This document shows positions 19,394 to 26,833 of a stretch of DNA of 26,833 nucleotides, in pieces. Origin of the DNA: Myxococcota bacterium (GTDB lineage Bacteria > Myxococcota > XYA12-FULL-58-9 > JALHOP01); NCBI GenBank assembly GCA_041288095.1, contig JBGGMJ010000164.1:1-26833 (forward strand). The letters are read 5' to 3'. The first letter of the stretch is position 1, and each line of letters begins with the position of its first letter. The notes beneath the pieces are model-generated. The model ran no database searches. It saw nothing but the letters and a program-made list of their open reading frames with translations, and was not told the DNA's origin. The position numbers and the translations under genes were made by a program.

Positions 19394-20218
19394 ATGAAGC
19401 TCGATACGGGTGAGCTGACGCTCGCTTACGAAGATACCGGCCGCGGTCCCCCTGTGCTGTTCATCCACGGCTATCCGCTCGGGCGGCGCATGTGGCGACC
19501 CCAGCTCGAAGCGCTGATTGGCAACATGCACGTCATCGCGCCGGATCTGCGCGGCCACGGTGACTCCGACGCGGTGCCCGGGCCCTACACCATCGACATG
19601 CACGCCGACGACTGCATCGATCTGCTCGACGGCCTCGAGGTCGACGAGCCGGTCGTGGTTTGCGGTCTATCGATGGGCGGCTACGTCGCCCTCGCTCTGC
19701 ACCGCCTCTATCCGGAGCGCGTCGCCGGGCTCGTGCTCTGCGCCACCCGCGCGACACCCGACAACGACGAGGCGAAGGCCAAGCGCACCCAGGCGATGAC
19801 CCAGGCACGCGACGGCGGCGTGTCCGCTATCGTCGACACGATGCTGCCGAAGCTCTTCGCCCCGCAGAACCTCGAGCCAAAACAAGCAGTCGTGAAGTAC
19901 GTGGACCAGGTGATGCGCAAGACCTCGCTCGAGGGATTGCTCGGTGACCTCGTCGCGCTGCGTGATCGTCCCGACGCACGCCCCGGGCTCGCCGCCATCG
20001 AGGTGCCGACGCTGGTGATCCACGGCAAAGACGATCAGCTCATTCCCGTAAGTGAAGCCGAGGCGCTCACCGCGGGCATTCGCGGCGCGCGCTTGGTGAC
20101 CCTCGAGAATACCGGCCACCTGCCGAACCTCGAGCAGCCGCAGCTGTTCAACGCGGCGCTCCGCGACTTCGTGAAGCTCTTCGACGCCGCTGACGACGAC
20201 GAAACGACGGCGCACTAG
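19394..20218 (+). CDS. Alpha/beta fold hydrolase (PcaD/MenH-like)
   Basis: FIHGYP, PDLRGHG.S, nucleophile GLSMGG, HGKDD, GHLPNLEQP. Confidence 0.94.
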   Translation: MKLDTGELTLAYEDTGRGPPVLFIHGYPLGRRMWRPQLEALIGNMHVIAPDLRGHGDSDAVPGPYTIDMHADDCIDLLDGLEVDEPVVVCGLSMGGYVALALHRLYPERVAGLVLCATRATPDNDEAKAKRTQAMTQARDGGVSAIVDTMLPKLFAPQNLEPKQAVVKYVDQVMRKTSLEGLLGDLVALRDRPDARPGLAAIEVPTLVIHGKDDQLIPVSEAEALTAGIRGARLVTLENTGHLPNLEQPQLFNAALRDFVKLFDAADDDETTAH

Positions 20219-20220
20219 CC

Positions 20221-21045
20221 ATGACGTACATTCAGGCGCTCATCCTCGGCATCGTCGAGGGCATCACCGAGTTCTTGCCGGTGAGCTCGACGGGCCACCT
20301 GCTGCTCACTCAGCGCATCCTCGGCATCCAGAGCAGCGAAGCCGCCGACGCCTTCGCGATCTGCATCCAAGGCGGCGCGATTCTCGCGGTACTTGGCCTC
20401 TATCGCGGACACGCGGTCCAGGCGTTGAAAGGCCTCGTCGGCAGGGACGTCGAAGGTCGAAAGCTCATCATCAACCTCGTCGTCGCTTTCCTGCCGGCGG
20501 CGATCATCGGCTTTCTCTTCAACAGGGCGATCGAGCGCGTGCTCTTCGGGATGTGGCCGGTCGCGAGCGCTTGGCTCGTCGGCGGCCTCGCCATCTTCGG
20601 CGTGGCGCGCTGGTACAAGAAGCGTGAGCAAGGCGCGGGCATCGCGCTCGCGGGCCTGCCCTGGCAGTCGGCGTTCATCATCGGCTTGGCCCAGACCCTG
20701 GCGATGTGGCCGGGCACCTCACGGAGCCTCGTGACCCTCCTCGCGGGCCTCATGGTCGGCTTGTCGGTGAGCGCCGCGGTCGAGTTCTCGTTCTTGCTCG
20801 GCGTGCTGACGCTCGGAGCGGCGAGCGGCTACAAGCTCCTCAAGTCGGGGGGCGTCATGCTCGAAGCCTACGGACCGGCGACGCTCGCGGTCGGCTTCGT
20901 GTCGGCGTGGATCTTCGCGGTGCTCGCGGTGCGCTGGATGGTCGCGTACCTGCGCACCAAGGATCTATCGGTGTTCGGATACTGGCGCGTGTCGCTGGCG
21001 CTGGTGACCGTGGCGCTGCTGGCCGGGCACGTCATCGAACCCTGA
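20221..21045 (+). CDS. uppP: Undecaprenyl-diphosphate phosphatase (BacA)
   Basis: GIVEGITEFLPVSSTGHL, IQ.GAILAV, PGTSRS, EFSFLL, FGYWR, multiple TM helices. Confidence 0.96.
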   Translation: MTYIQALILGIVEGITEFLPVSSTGHLLLTQRILGIQSSEAADAFAICIQGGAILAVLGLYRGHAVQALKGLVGRDVEGRKLIINLVVAFLPAAIIGFLFNRAIERVLFGMWPVASAWLVGGLAIFGVARWYKKREQGAGIALAGLPWQSAFIIGLAQTLAMWPGTSRSLVTLLAGLMVGLSVSAAVEFSFLLGVLTLGAASGYKLLKSGGVMLEAYGPATLAVGFVSAWIFAVLAVRWMVAYLRTKDLSVFGYWRVSLALVTVALLAGHVIEP

Positions 21046-22357
21046 GGTTCATCAGCTTGATCACCGAGGCGCGGACGCGTGGCAGCTCGGCGCTGCTGAC
21101 GCCTACCGCTTGCAGAGCGCGATCGAGGGCCATGCCACCCGCGACCAGACCTATGATCGACGCGACCTGCATGGCGCGCTCTTCGTTGATGATACCGCGG
21201 GCGCTGTTCTGGTGAGTCCAAGCCGGATGCAATTCGGAAGTCTCGACGATGAGTCGGCTGATGTCGCCGGCGGTCATGCGCGGTGACAGCAACATGCACT
21301 TCGCGGCGAGGTTCGCCACCTGCGGCTGCGCGAGCGAGGTGCCGGTCGAGAGGAAATCGTCGGTACCGTTGCGCGAGGACGCGAGCGTATGCGGCACCCG
21401 CACGTTGACGCCTCGCGCCGCCACCGTAACGTATGGCGCGCCGGTGTTGCTGCCGAGTCGCTGCCCGCGCCAGACGCCGCCGTCTTCGCTTGCGGCACCG
21501 ACCACCATGAGATTGGGTGCCGTGACGTCCGCGCCGCGAGCCCGAGCCACCCCTGGAGTGAGCTCGACCATGTCGTTGCCCGCCGCCATGACGAAGAGAA
21601 TGTGAGGGTGACGAGCTAGGGTCTGACGCAGGCGCTCGGCGTTCTCCGGCGTCGACATCGTGGTCGCCAGACTGATGACACGCGCCCCTTTGCGCACGGC
21701 GTAGTCGATCGAGGCGAAGAGCGGATCATAGCTCTCGAGGCCCTGGGCCATCACCGTCATGGCCATGACGCGGATGCGGCGCGTGCCTTCGGAGACGAGC
21801 ATCGCCGAGCCGTTGCCGTGCAAGGTGACACCGGCGGCGATGTTTCCGCTATTGCGAACGAAGTCCCAACCATTCACGTCGTCGGGGAAACGACGATCGG
21901 GATCGTCCTCGTCGACACCGTTCCCGGGAATCTCATTGGGGTTCACCCACTCGCGGCCGCTGAGGTGCGGATGACGAAAGTCGGTTCCAGTGTCACCGAC
22001 GGCGACGATGACGGTATCGCGGCGATGGCCGGTGATGCCCGCCAGACGCTCGAAGGTGCTGTCGGCGGCTCCCAGCGCAGGCTGCACGAGGCGTCTGCCC
22101 GGACCCGTGGCCGACACGTTGGCCGCCGGGCGCTCGAGGTCGTAGCTCGCGGCTTCGAGGAGCCGGTGAATGAGCGGGGCGGCGTTGCCGACGAAGCGCA
22201 CGCCACGGTCCCGCCAAGCGTCGACGAGAGGCTGCAGCTCCGTCGGGTCGGGCACCCCTTCGGTGTTGATGATCGGCGCGAGGACCGTCATCACCTCTTG
22301 GTCGGTGACCACCCGGTCGGCCAGAATCGACCGGATTGCCTCGGAAAGCCGCGTCAC
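21032..22357 (-). CDS. S8 (subtilisin-like) serine peptidase without signal peptide
   Basis: Asp VAVGDTG.DF.HP.L, NPNEIPGNGVD...DDVNGWDF insertion, His HGNGSA, oxyanion AAGND, Ser GTSLAQPQV. Start taken at GTG 22357 because the ORF-track start at 22621 lies inside the MBL gene. Confidence 0.85.
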   Translation of the reverse strand: MTRLSEAIRSILADRVVTDQEVMTVLAPIINTEGVPDPTELQPLVDAWRDRGVRFVGNAAPLIHRLLEAASYDLERPAANVSATGPGRRLVQPALGAADSTFERLAGITGHRRDTVIVAVGDTGTDFRHPHLSGREWVNPNEIPGNGVDEDDPDRRFPDDVNGWDFVRNSGNIAAGVTLHGNGSAMLVSEGTRRIRVMAMTVMAQGLESYDPLFASIDYAVRKGARVISLATTMSTPENAERLRQTLARHPHILFVMAAGNDMVELTPGVARARGADVTAPNLMVVGAASEDGGVWRGQRLGSNTGAPYVTVAARGVNVRVPHTLASSRNGTDDFLSTGTSLAQPQVANLAAKCMLLSPRMTAGDISRLIVETSELHPAWTHQNSARGIINEERAMQVASIIGLVAGGMALDRALQAVGVSSAELPRVRASVIKLMNLRVR

Positions 22358-22364
22358 CGAAGCG

Positions 22365-22391
22365 TTATCGGGCGCTCGGGCTCGCGGTTGC
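22365..22391 (-). promoter_or_regulatory. Candidate sigma28 (FliA/WhiG)-like promoter
   Basis: Minus strand reads GCAA-N15-CCCGATAA (-10 matches GCCGATAA at 7 of 8), ending 7 nt before the GTG of the S8 gene. Confidence 0.45.
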
Positions 22392-22401
22392 CCTCGGCGG
22401 C

Positions 22402-23262
22402 CTAAAAGGTCAGTTCTTCGCCAACCACCACATTTCCGTCTTTTTCCGCCAGCTTGCAGGCGGCAAGCGTCGGGTCGTGCTCGAAGAAGATGGTCCAGCC
22501 CTCCTCGAGGCCCTGGGCGAGCAGCATGCGCTTCTCTTCGAGCGTGGTCAGCGGATAGAGGTCGTAGCCCATCACCCACGCGAGCTTCAGATGGGCGCGC
22601 GTCGGCATGACGTCCGCGCAATAGAGGAGCTTGCCGTCGTCGTCGCCGTCGAGGAGCACGAGCTGCTGCGCCACGGTGTGGCCTTCGCTGACGATGAGCG
22701 AGACCCCGGGGAACAGCTCGATGGGCCCATCGAAGAGATGGAGCTGGCCGTTGGCGGCGAGCGCCTGGAAGTCGGCGGGGCGGAACGATCCGCTATCGCG
22801 TTCAGTCGGGTGCTCGGCCCATTTCCAGGCCCGTCGCTGCAAGTGGTACGTCGCGTTGGGGAAGGTAGGGTCGTAGCCGTCATCGCGGGCGGTGGTGGCG
22901 CCGCCGGCGTGATCGAAGTGCAAGTGCGTGAGGATGACGTCGGTGATGCTGTCGGGATCGACGCCGGCGGTGGAGAGCGCCTCGCGCACGCCGCCCTTGG
23001 GCTGCGTGATCTTGAACTGCGCCGCCTGCTTTTCGGGGAACTTATCGCCGATGCCCGTGTCCACGAGGATGCGGCGCTTCGTGGTCGCGGTGGTGTCCTC
23101 GACGACCATCAAGCGCGTGGCGAGATCGATACGGTTTGCCTCGTCGGCCGGCGTGGCGCGCGACCAGAGCGGCTTGGGCACGACCCCGAACATGGCGCCG
23201 CCGTCGAGCCCGAGACGGCCGGCTTCAATGGCAGTGACGTTGAATCGCCCGAAGCGTCGCAT
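22402..23262 (-). CDS. MBL-fold metallo-hydrolase (YtnP-like)
   Basis: LDGGAMFGVVPKPLW, LVDTG.G, THLHFDHAGG, FPNATY, GHT, AD, W.MGYDLYP, FEHDP. Confidence 0.94.
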   Translation of the reverse strand: MRRFGRFNVTAIEAGRLGLDGGAMFGVVPKPLWSRATPADEANRIDLATRLMVVEDTTATTKRRILVDTGIGDKFPEKQAAQFKITQPKGGVREALSTAGVDPDSITDVILTHLHFDHAGGATTARDDGYDPTFPNATYHLQRRAWKWAEHPTERDSGSFRPADFQALAANGQLHLFDGPIELFPGVSLIVSEGHTVAQQLVLLDGDDDGKLLYCADVMPTRAHLKLAWVMGYDLYPLTTLEEKRMLLAQGLEEGWTIFFEHDPTLAACKLAEKDGNVVVGEELTF

Positions 23263-23298
23263 ACCGTGTACTAACAGTCCGGAAGAGGAGAGCGCTAC

Positions 23299-23817
23299 AT
23301 TAGCAACGCAACCGCAGCCGGCACCACCTCACCACTCCCGGCCGAGACCAGGCTCGTCGACAACCTGCGTCCATTCACGCCGGCCGAGCGGGCGCGACTG
23401 CTCGAGCCGTTCTCGGCGACCGAGTGGCAGGCCGCGCGCGACACCATCGCTAGGGGCGGCTCCGACATGGCTCGGATCAACTACGCGAGCGCCGTCGACG
23501 CCCTCCAGCTCGGTCGCCTCATGCGCGACGCCATCGGCCGCAACGACGCCGCCGGCATCCGCCAGATCATTGGCGACGCCGCCAAGCGCCAGAGCACCAT
23601 CAACATCGCTTACGGCTCGCTCAACGGCCGGGAGATGGACGCCGTCGTCGCCGCTGTCCGCGACACCCCGCTCTGGCCGGTATTCGCCTATCACCTCGCC
23701 AATCAGGAGCGGCCTGCACCGTTGCAAGAGGTGCATCACGGCGCGGTGCGCGCGGCCATCAAGGACGCCGAGACCCTCAGGAGCTTCAACAAGCTCTATC
23801 TGCCCATGCGGCCCTAG
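23299..23817 (+). CDS. Hypothetical alpha-helical protein; probable ATT start (first ATG at 23467)
   Basis: Frame is open from 23275 to TAG 23815-17. AGGAG (23286-90) lies 8 nt before the in-frame ATT at 23299. Coding-like codon use continues upstream of ATG 23467. Confidence 0.6.
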   Translation: MSNATAAGTTSPLPAETRLVDNLRPFTPAERARLLEPFSATEWQAARDTIARGGSDMARINYASAVDALQLGRLMRDAIGRNDAAGIRQIIGDAAKRQSTINIAYGSLNGREMDAVVAAVRDTPLWPVFAYHLANQERPAPLQEVHHGAVRAAIKDAETLRSFNKLYLPMRP

Positions 23818-23850
23818 CGATCCGGCTCGATGTGACGTTACTTAGAGCCC

Positions 23851-25266
23851 ATGTCCTCCCTCCAAAGCTTGGTCCCCCTCAGGCTCGTCGAAGAGCTGCT
23901 CGGCCTCGCCCTCTCAAAAGGCGGCGATTTTGCTGAGGTTTATGTCGAGCACAGTCGCGGCAACAGCGTCGCGCTCGAAGAGAAGAAGATCCGCACCGCC
24001 GCTTACGGCGTGTCGCTCGGGGTCGGTATCCGCGTCATCGCCGGCACCGAGGTCGGCTACGCTTACTCTGACGATCTCGACCCCAAGGCGTTGCGCGAGA
24101 CGGCGCTGGTCGCCGCCAGCATCGCGCGCGGCGGCAAGAACCCTCCGAAGGCCGTGTCGTTGCAGTCGCTCAAGCTCCCGAATCGCTATCCGGTAGAGCG
24201 CGTGCCTGATTCCGTCGCGCCCCGCGACAAGGTCGACCTGCTCCTGCGCGGCGACAAGGCGGCGCACGCCGTCGACCCGCGCGTCACCCAGGTGATGGGC
24301 TCGTTCATCGACCAGACGAAAGACGTCCTCATCGCCACCTCCGACGGCAAGCTCGCCGAGGACCGGCAGGTCATGTGCCGGATGAACTTCTCCGCTATCG
24401 TGGACGACGGCAAAGGCGATCGCCGCACCGGCTTTCATGGTGGTGGCGGACGCGTCGCCTTCGAGCACTACAAGGACTTCACCCCGGAAGACGTGGCGAA
24501 GGAAGCGGCGCGCATGGCGGTGGCTCAGCTCGGCGCCGTCGCCGCGCCCGCCGGCCCGCAGACCGTGGTGTTGTCACCCGGGTGGAGCGGCATTCTCCTG
24601 CACGAAGCCGTCGGTCATGGGCTCGAGGCCGACTTCATCCGCAAGGGCACGTCGCTCTACGCCGGCAAGCTCGGCGAGCGCGTCGCCAGCGATCTCGTGA
24701 CCGTCATCGACAGCGGCGAGAACGAAGGGCGAAGAGGCACGATCAACGTCGACGATGAAGGCGAGGTCGCCAAGGAGAAGGTGCTCATCGAAAACGGCAT
24801 CTTGAAGGGCTTCATGGTCGACCGCTTGAGCGCACAGATCATGGGCATCGAGTCGACGGGCAGCGGCCGGCGCGAGTCGTATCGCCACGCGCCGATGCCG
24901 CGCATGACCAACACCTTCATGAGCGCGGGCAAGCACACGCACGACGAGATCCTGCAAAGCGTCGACAAGGGCATCTATTGCGCCGCGTTCGGCGGCGGCC
25001 AGGTCGACATCTCGAACGGCAACTTCGTCTTCGAGGTGCGCGAGGGCTACATCATCGAGAACGGCAAGATCACCTCGCCGGTGAAGAACGCGACGCTCAT
25101 CGGCGTCGGGCCCGACGCGTTGAAGAACGTTTCGATGGTCGGCGACGACCCGCAGCTCGATCCGGGCATCGGCACCTGCGGCAAGGACGGCCAGAGCGTG
25201 CCCGTCGGCGTCGGCATGCCGACCGTCCGTCTCGACAACATCACCGTCGGAGGCACCCGTGTCTGA
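23851..25266 (+). CDS. tldD: Metalloprotease TldD
   Basis: GVGIRVI.G...GYAYS, metal-binding LLHEAVGHGLEAD, DDEG, STG.GRRESY...PMPRMTNT, GGGQVD...G.F.F, GTCGKDGQSVPVGVG.PT. Confidence 0.96.
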   Translation: MSSLQSLVPLRLVEELLGLALSKGGDFAEVYVEHSRGNSVALEEKKIRTAAYGVSLGVGIRVIAGTEVGYAYSDDLDPKALRETALVAASIARGGKNPPKAVSLQSLKLPNRYPVERVPDSVAPRDKVDLLLRGDKAAHAVDPRVTQVMGSFIDQTKDVLIATSDGKLAEDRQVMCRMNFSAIVDDGKGDRRTGFHGGGGRVAFEHYKDFTPEDVAKEAARMAVAQLGAVAAPAGPQTVVLSPGWSGILLHEAVGHGLEADFIRKGTSLYAGKLGERVASDLVTVIDSGENEGRRGTINVDDEGEVAKEKVLIENGILKGFMVDRLSAQIMGIESTGSGRRESYRHAPMPRMTNTFMSAGKHTHDEILQSVDKGIYCAAFGGGQVDISNGNFVFEVREGYIIENGKITSPVKNATLIGVGPDALKNVSMVGDDPQLDPGIGTCGKDGQSVPVGVGMPTVRLDNITVGGTRV

Positions 25267-25273
25267 CGATCGC

Positions 25274-26833
25274 ATGTTGACCGACGTTGCTTCCCGCGTC
25301 CTCGAGCTCGCCAAGAAATTCGGCGCCTCGAGCGCCGACGCGGTGGTGTCGCGCGGCACCGAGTTCGAGGTGAAGGTCGCCGACGGCGCCATCGTCACGC
25401 TCACGCAAGCGACCTCGAAAGGCATGGGCCTGCGCGTCTTCGTCGACGGCCGGCTGGGCTTTTGCACCACTAGCGACTTCGCCGACGCGAGCTTGGCCTA
25501 CGCGGTCGAGCGCGCCGTGCAAATGGCGCGTGAAGCGGCGCCCGATCCGCACAACGGCTTGGTCGACCTCGAGCCGGGGCTCAAGGTCGCGGGCGACGAG
25601 CTCGAGCTCTACGACCCGGCGGTCGCGGCGATTCCCACGGAAGAGAAGATTCGCTGGGCGCACGCCCTCGAGGAAGCGGCGCGCGCCGCCGACCCGCGCG
25701 TGAAGAAATTCCGCGATAGCGGTGTATCGAACGGCGAGTCGCACACCGTGCTCGCGACCACGGCGGGAGCCTTGCGCGCCGTGCGCAGCACCGGCATCGC
25801 GCTCTGGTGCAATCCCATCGCCGAAGCCGATGGTCAGCTGCAAACCGAGGTCTGGTACGACTCGCGCACGCACGTCGCCGATCTCGAAAAGCCTGAAGAC
25901 GTCGGCCGCATCGCCGGACAACGAGCAGCTCGGATGTTGGGCGCGAAACCCGTGAAAACCCAGGTCGCCCATCTCATCCTCGAGCCAGCCATGGCCGCGG
26001 GCTTCATGGGCAGCATGCTCGCCGCCATCGACGGCGACTCGGTCTACAAGAAGGCGTCCTTTTTGGCGGACAAGCTGGGGAAGGCCATCGGCACGAAGGC
26101 GCTCACGCTCATCGACGATCCGCACATCAAGCGCGGCAACGCCAGCTCGCCCTTCGATGGTGAGGGCCTCGCCACCTACAAGAAGAAGCTCGTCGACGCC
26201 GGCGTGCTGACGACCTTCCTCTACGACGGTTACACCGCGCGCAAAGCGGGCGTGAAACCAACCTCGAGCGCCAAGCGCGGCTACAGCTCGCCGCCCCACG
26301 CGGGTGTCTTCAACTTCATCGTCCAAGCCGGCGACGTAGCGCCGGAGAACATCTGGAAGGACGTGGACTGCGCCCTGGTGCTGACGCGCGGTCTCGGCCG
26401 CGGCTTGAACAGCGTCAGCGGCGAATACTCACGTGGCGCCAACGGTCTGTGGATCGAAAAAGGCGAGGTGGTGCACCCGGTGCAAGAGGTGACCATCGCT
26501 GGCGACTATCTCGCCATGCTTGCGATGATGCGCATCGCGCAAAGCGACAACGATGCGGCACAAGCCGTTTCCCTTGCCAACCGCTCCGTCGACAAGGGCA
26601 GCGCCTGGGGTCACTACGCGATCGGGGTGATGTACTATCAAGGCATCAACTTCGTGGTCGACTACGTGCGAGCGGCCACCGCCTTCAAGACCGCCGCCGA
26701 CATGGGCCTTCCGCGCGCGCAGTGGCGGCTTTGCCTCATGGGCATCGACGGCAACATGAACCTCGGCATCGCCGCCACCCGAGAGGAGATCGGCAGCTAT
26801 TGCAGCAAGGCCGCGGAGGCCTACGACTCCTTC
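25274..26833 (+). CDS. tldE: TldE/PmbA family protein running in frame into Sel1-like repeats; open to window end (partial)
   Basis: Absent from the ORF track because there is no stop in the window. Manual translation from ATG 25274 gives MLTDVASRVLELAKKFGASSADAVV, GMGLRVFVDGRLGF, SFLADKLG, IDDP, PFDGEG, SGEYSRGANGLWIEKGEVVHPVQEVTIAGDYLAML, then Sel1-like sequence. Confidence 0.9.
   Translation, partial: MLTDVASRVLELAKKFGASSADAVVSRGTEFEVKVADGAIVTLTQATSKGMGLRVFVDGRLGFCTTSDFADASLAYAVERAVQMAREAAPDPHNGLVDLEPGLKVAGDELELYDPAVAAIPTEEKIRWAHALEEAARAADPRVKKFRDSGVSNGESHTVLATTAGALRAVRSTGIALWCNPIAEADGQLQTEVWYDSRTHVADLEKPEDVGRIAGQRAARMLGAKPVKTQVAHLILEPAMAAGFMGSMLAAIDGDSVYKKASFLADKLGKAIGTKALTLIDDPHIKRGNASSPFDGEGLATYKKKLVDAGVLTTFLYDGYTARKAGVKPTSSAKRGYSSPPHAGVFNFIVQAGDVAPENIWKDVDCALVLTRGLGRGLNSVSGEYSRGANGLWIEKGEVVHPVQEVTIAGDYLAMLAMMRIAQSDNDAAQAVSLANRSVDKGSAWGHYAIGVMYYQGINFVVDYVRAATAFKTAADMGLPRAQWRLCLMGIDGNMNLGIAATREEIGSYCSKAAEAYDSF
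26522..26833 (+). other. Sel1-like repeat coding segment (about 2-3 repeats)
   Basis: ...DAAQAVSLANRSVDKGSAWGHYAIGVMYYQGINFVVDYVRAATAFKTAADMGLPRAQWRLCLMGIDG... fits the Sel1 consensus A.Y.LG.MY..G.....D...A..W...AA..G...AQ..L..M...G. Confidence 0.75.

Noticed and set aside
22358..22621. N-terminal extension of the S8 protease in the ORF track
   Set aside because: Overlaps the MBL gene out of frame with Arg/Gly/Ala-rich shadow composition. GTG 22357 is more plausible.
26522..26700. Frameshift restoring the normal TldE C-terminus
   Set aside because: One alternative frame stops immediately and the other has no TldE-like tail, while the original frame reads as coherent Sel1 repeats.
21032..26833. 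RiPP/microcin-like cluster (TldD/E + S8 protease + small ORF)
   Set aside because: No YcaO, dehydrogenase, radical SAM, RRE or transporter gene, and no Cys/Ser/Gly-rich precursor. tldDE is a widespread housekeeping pair.

Overview
High-GC, very densely packed bacterial chromosomal segment. Gene content and style suggest Myxococcota or related deltaproteobacteria (inference). It has about 25 CDS, and I see no rRNA, tRNA, CRISPR or mobile element. Units in order: (-) SWIM-SNF2 ATPase, LMW phosphatase, fructosamine-kinase homolog; (+) serA, GNAT; (-) orphan; (-) korA, korB, dienelactone hydrolase lipoprotein, D-2-hydroxyglutarate dehydrogenase, methyltransferase; (+) divergent RNase Y-like protein, cytochrome P450; (+) DUF1328 and DUF2892 genes behind a sigma54-type promoter; (-) CxxS thioredoxin, PQQ-propeller/diheme cytochrome c lipoprotein; (+) small ORF, alpha/beta hydrolase, uppP; (-) MBL hydrolase, S8 protease; (+) orphan, tldD, tldE. 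Most notable: (1) tldE switches in frame into Sel1-like repeats at about 26521 (fusion or mis-join); (2) scattered signal-peptide-less accessory genes share a sigma28-like promoter pattern, possibly a dispersed effector regulon; (3) an RNase Y homolog has lost its membrane anchor and KH GxxG loop; (4) an orphan gene probably starts at ATT; (5) serA, D2HGDH and korAB form a 2-oxoglutarate neighbourhood. All family calls come from motif recognition by eye; no searches were run.
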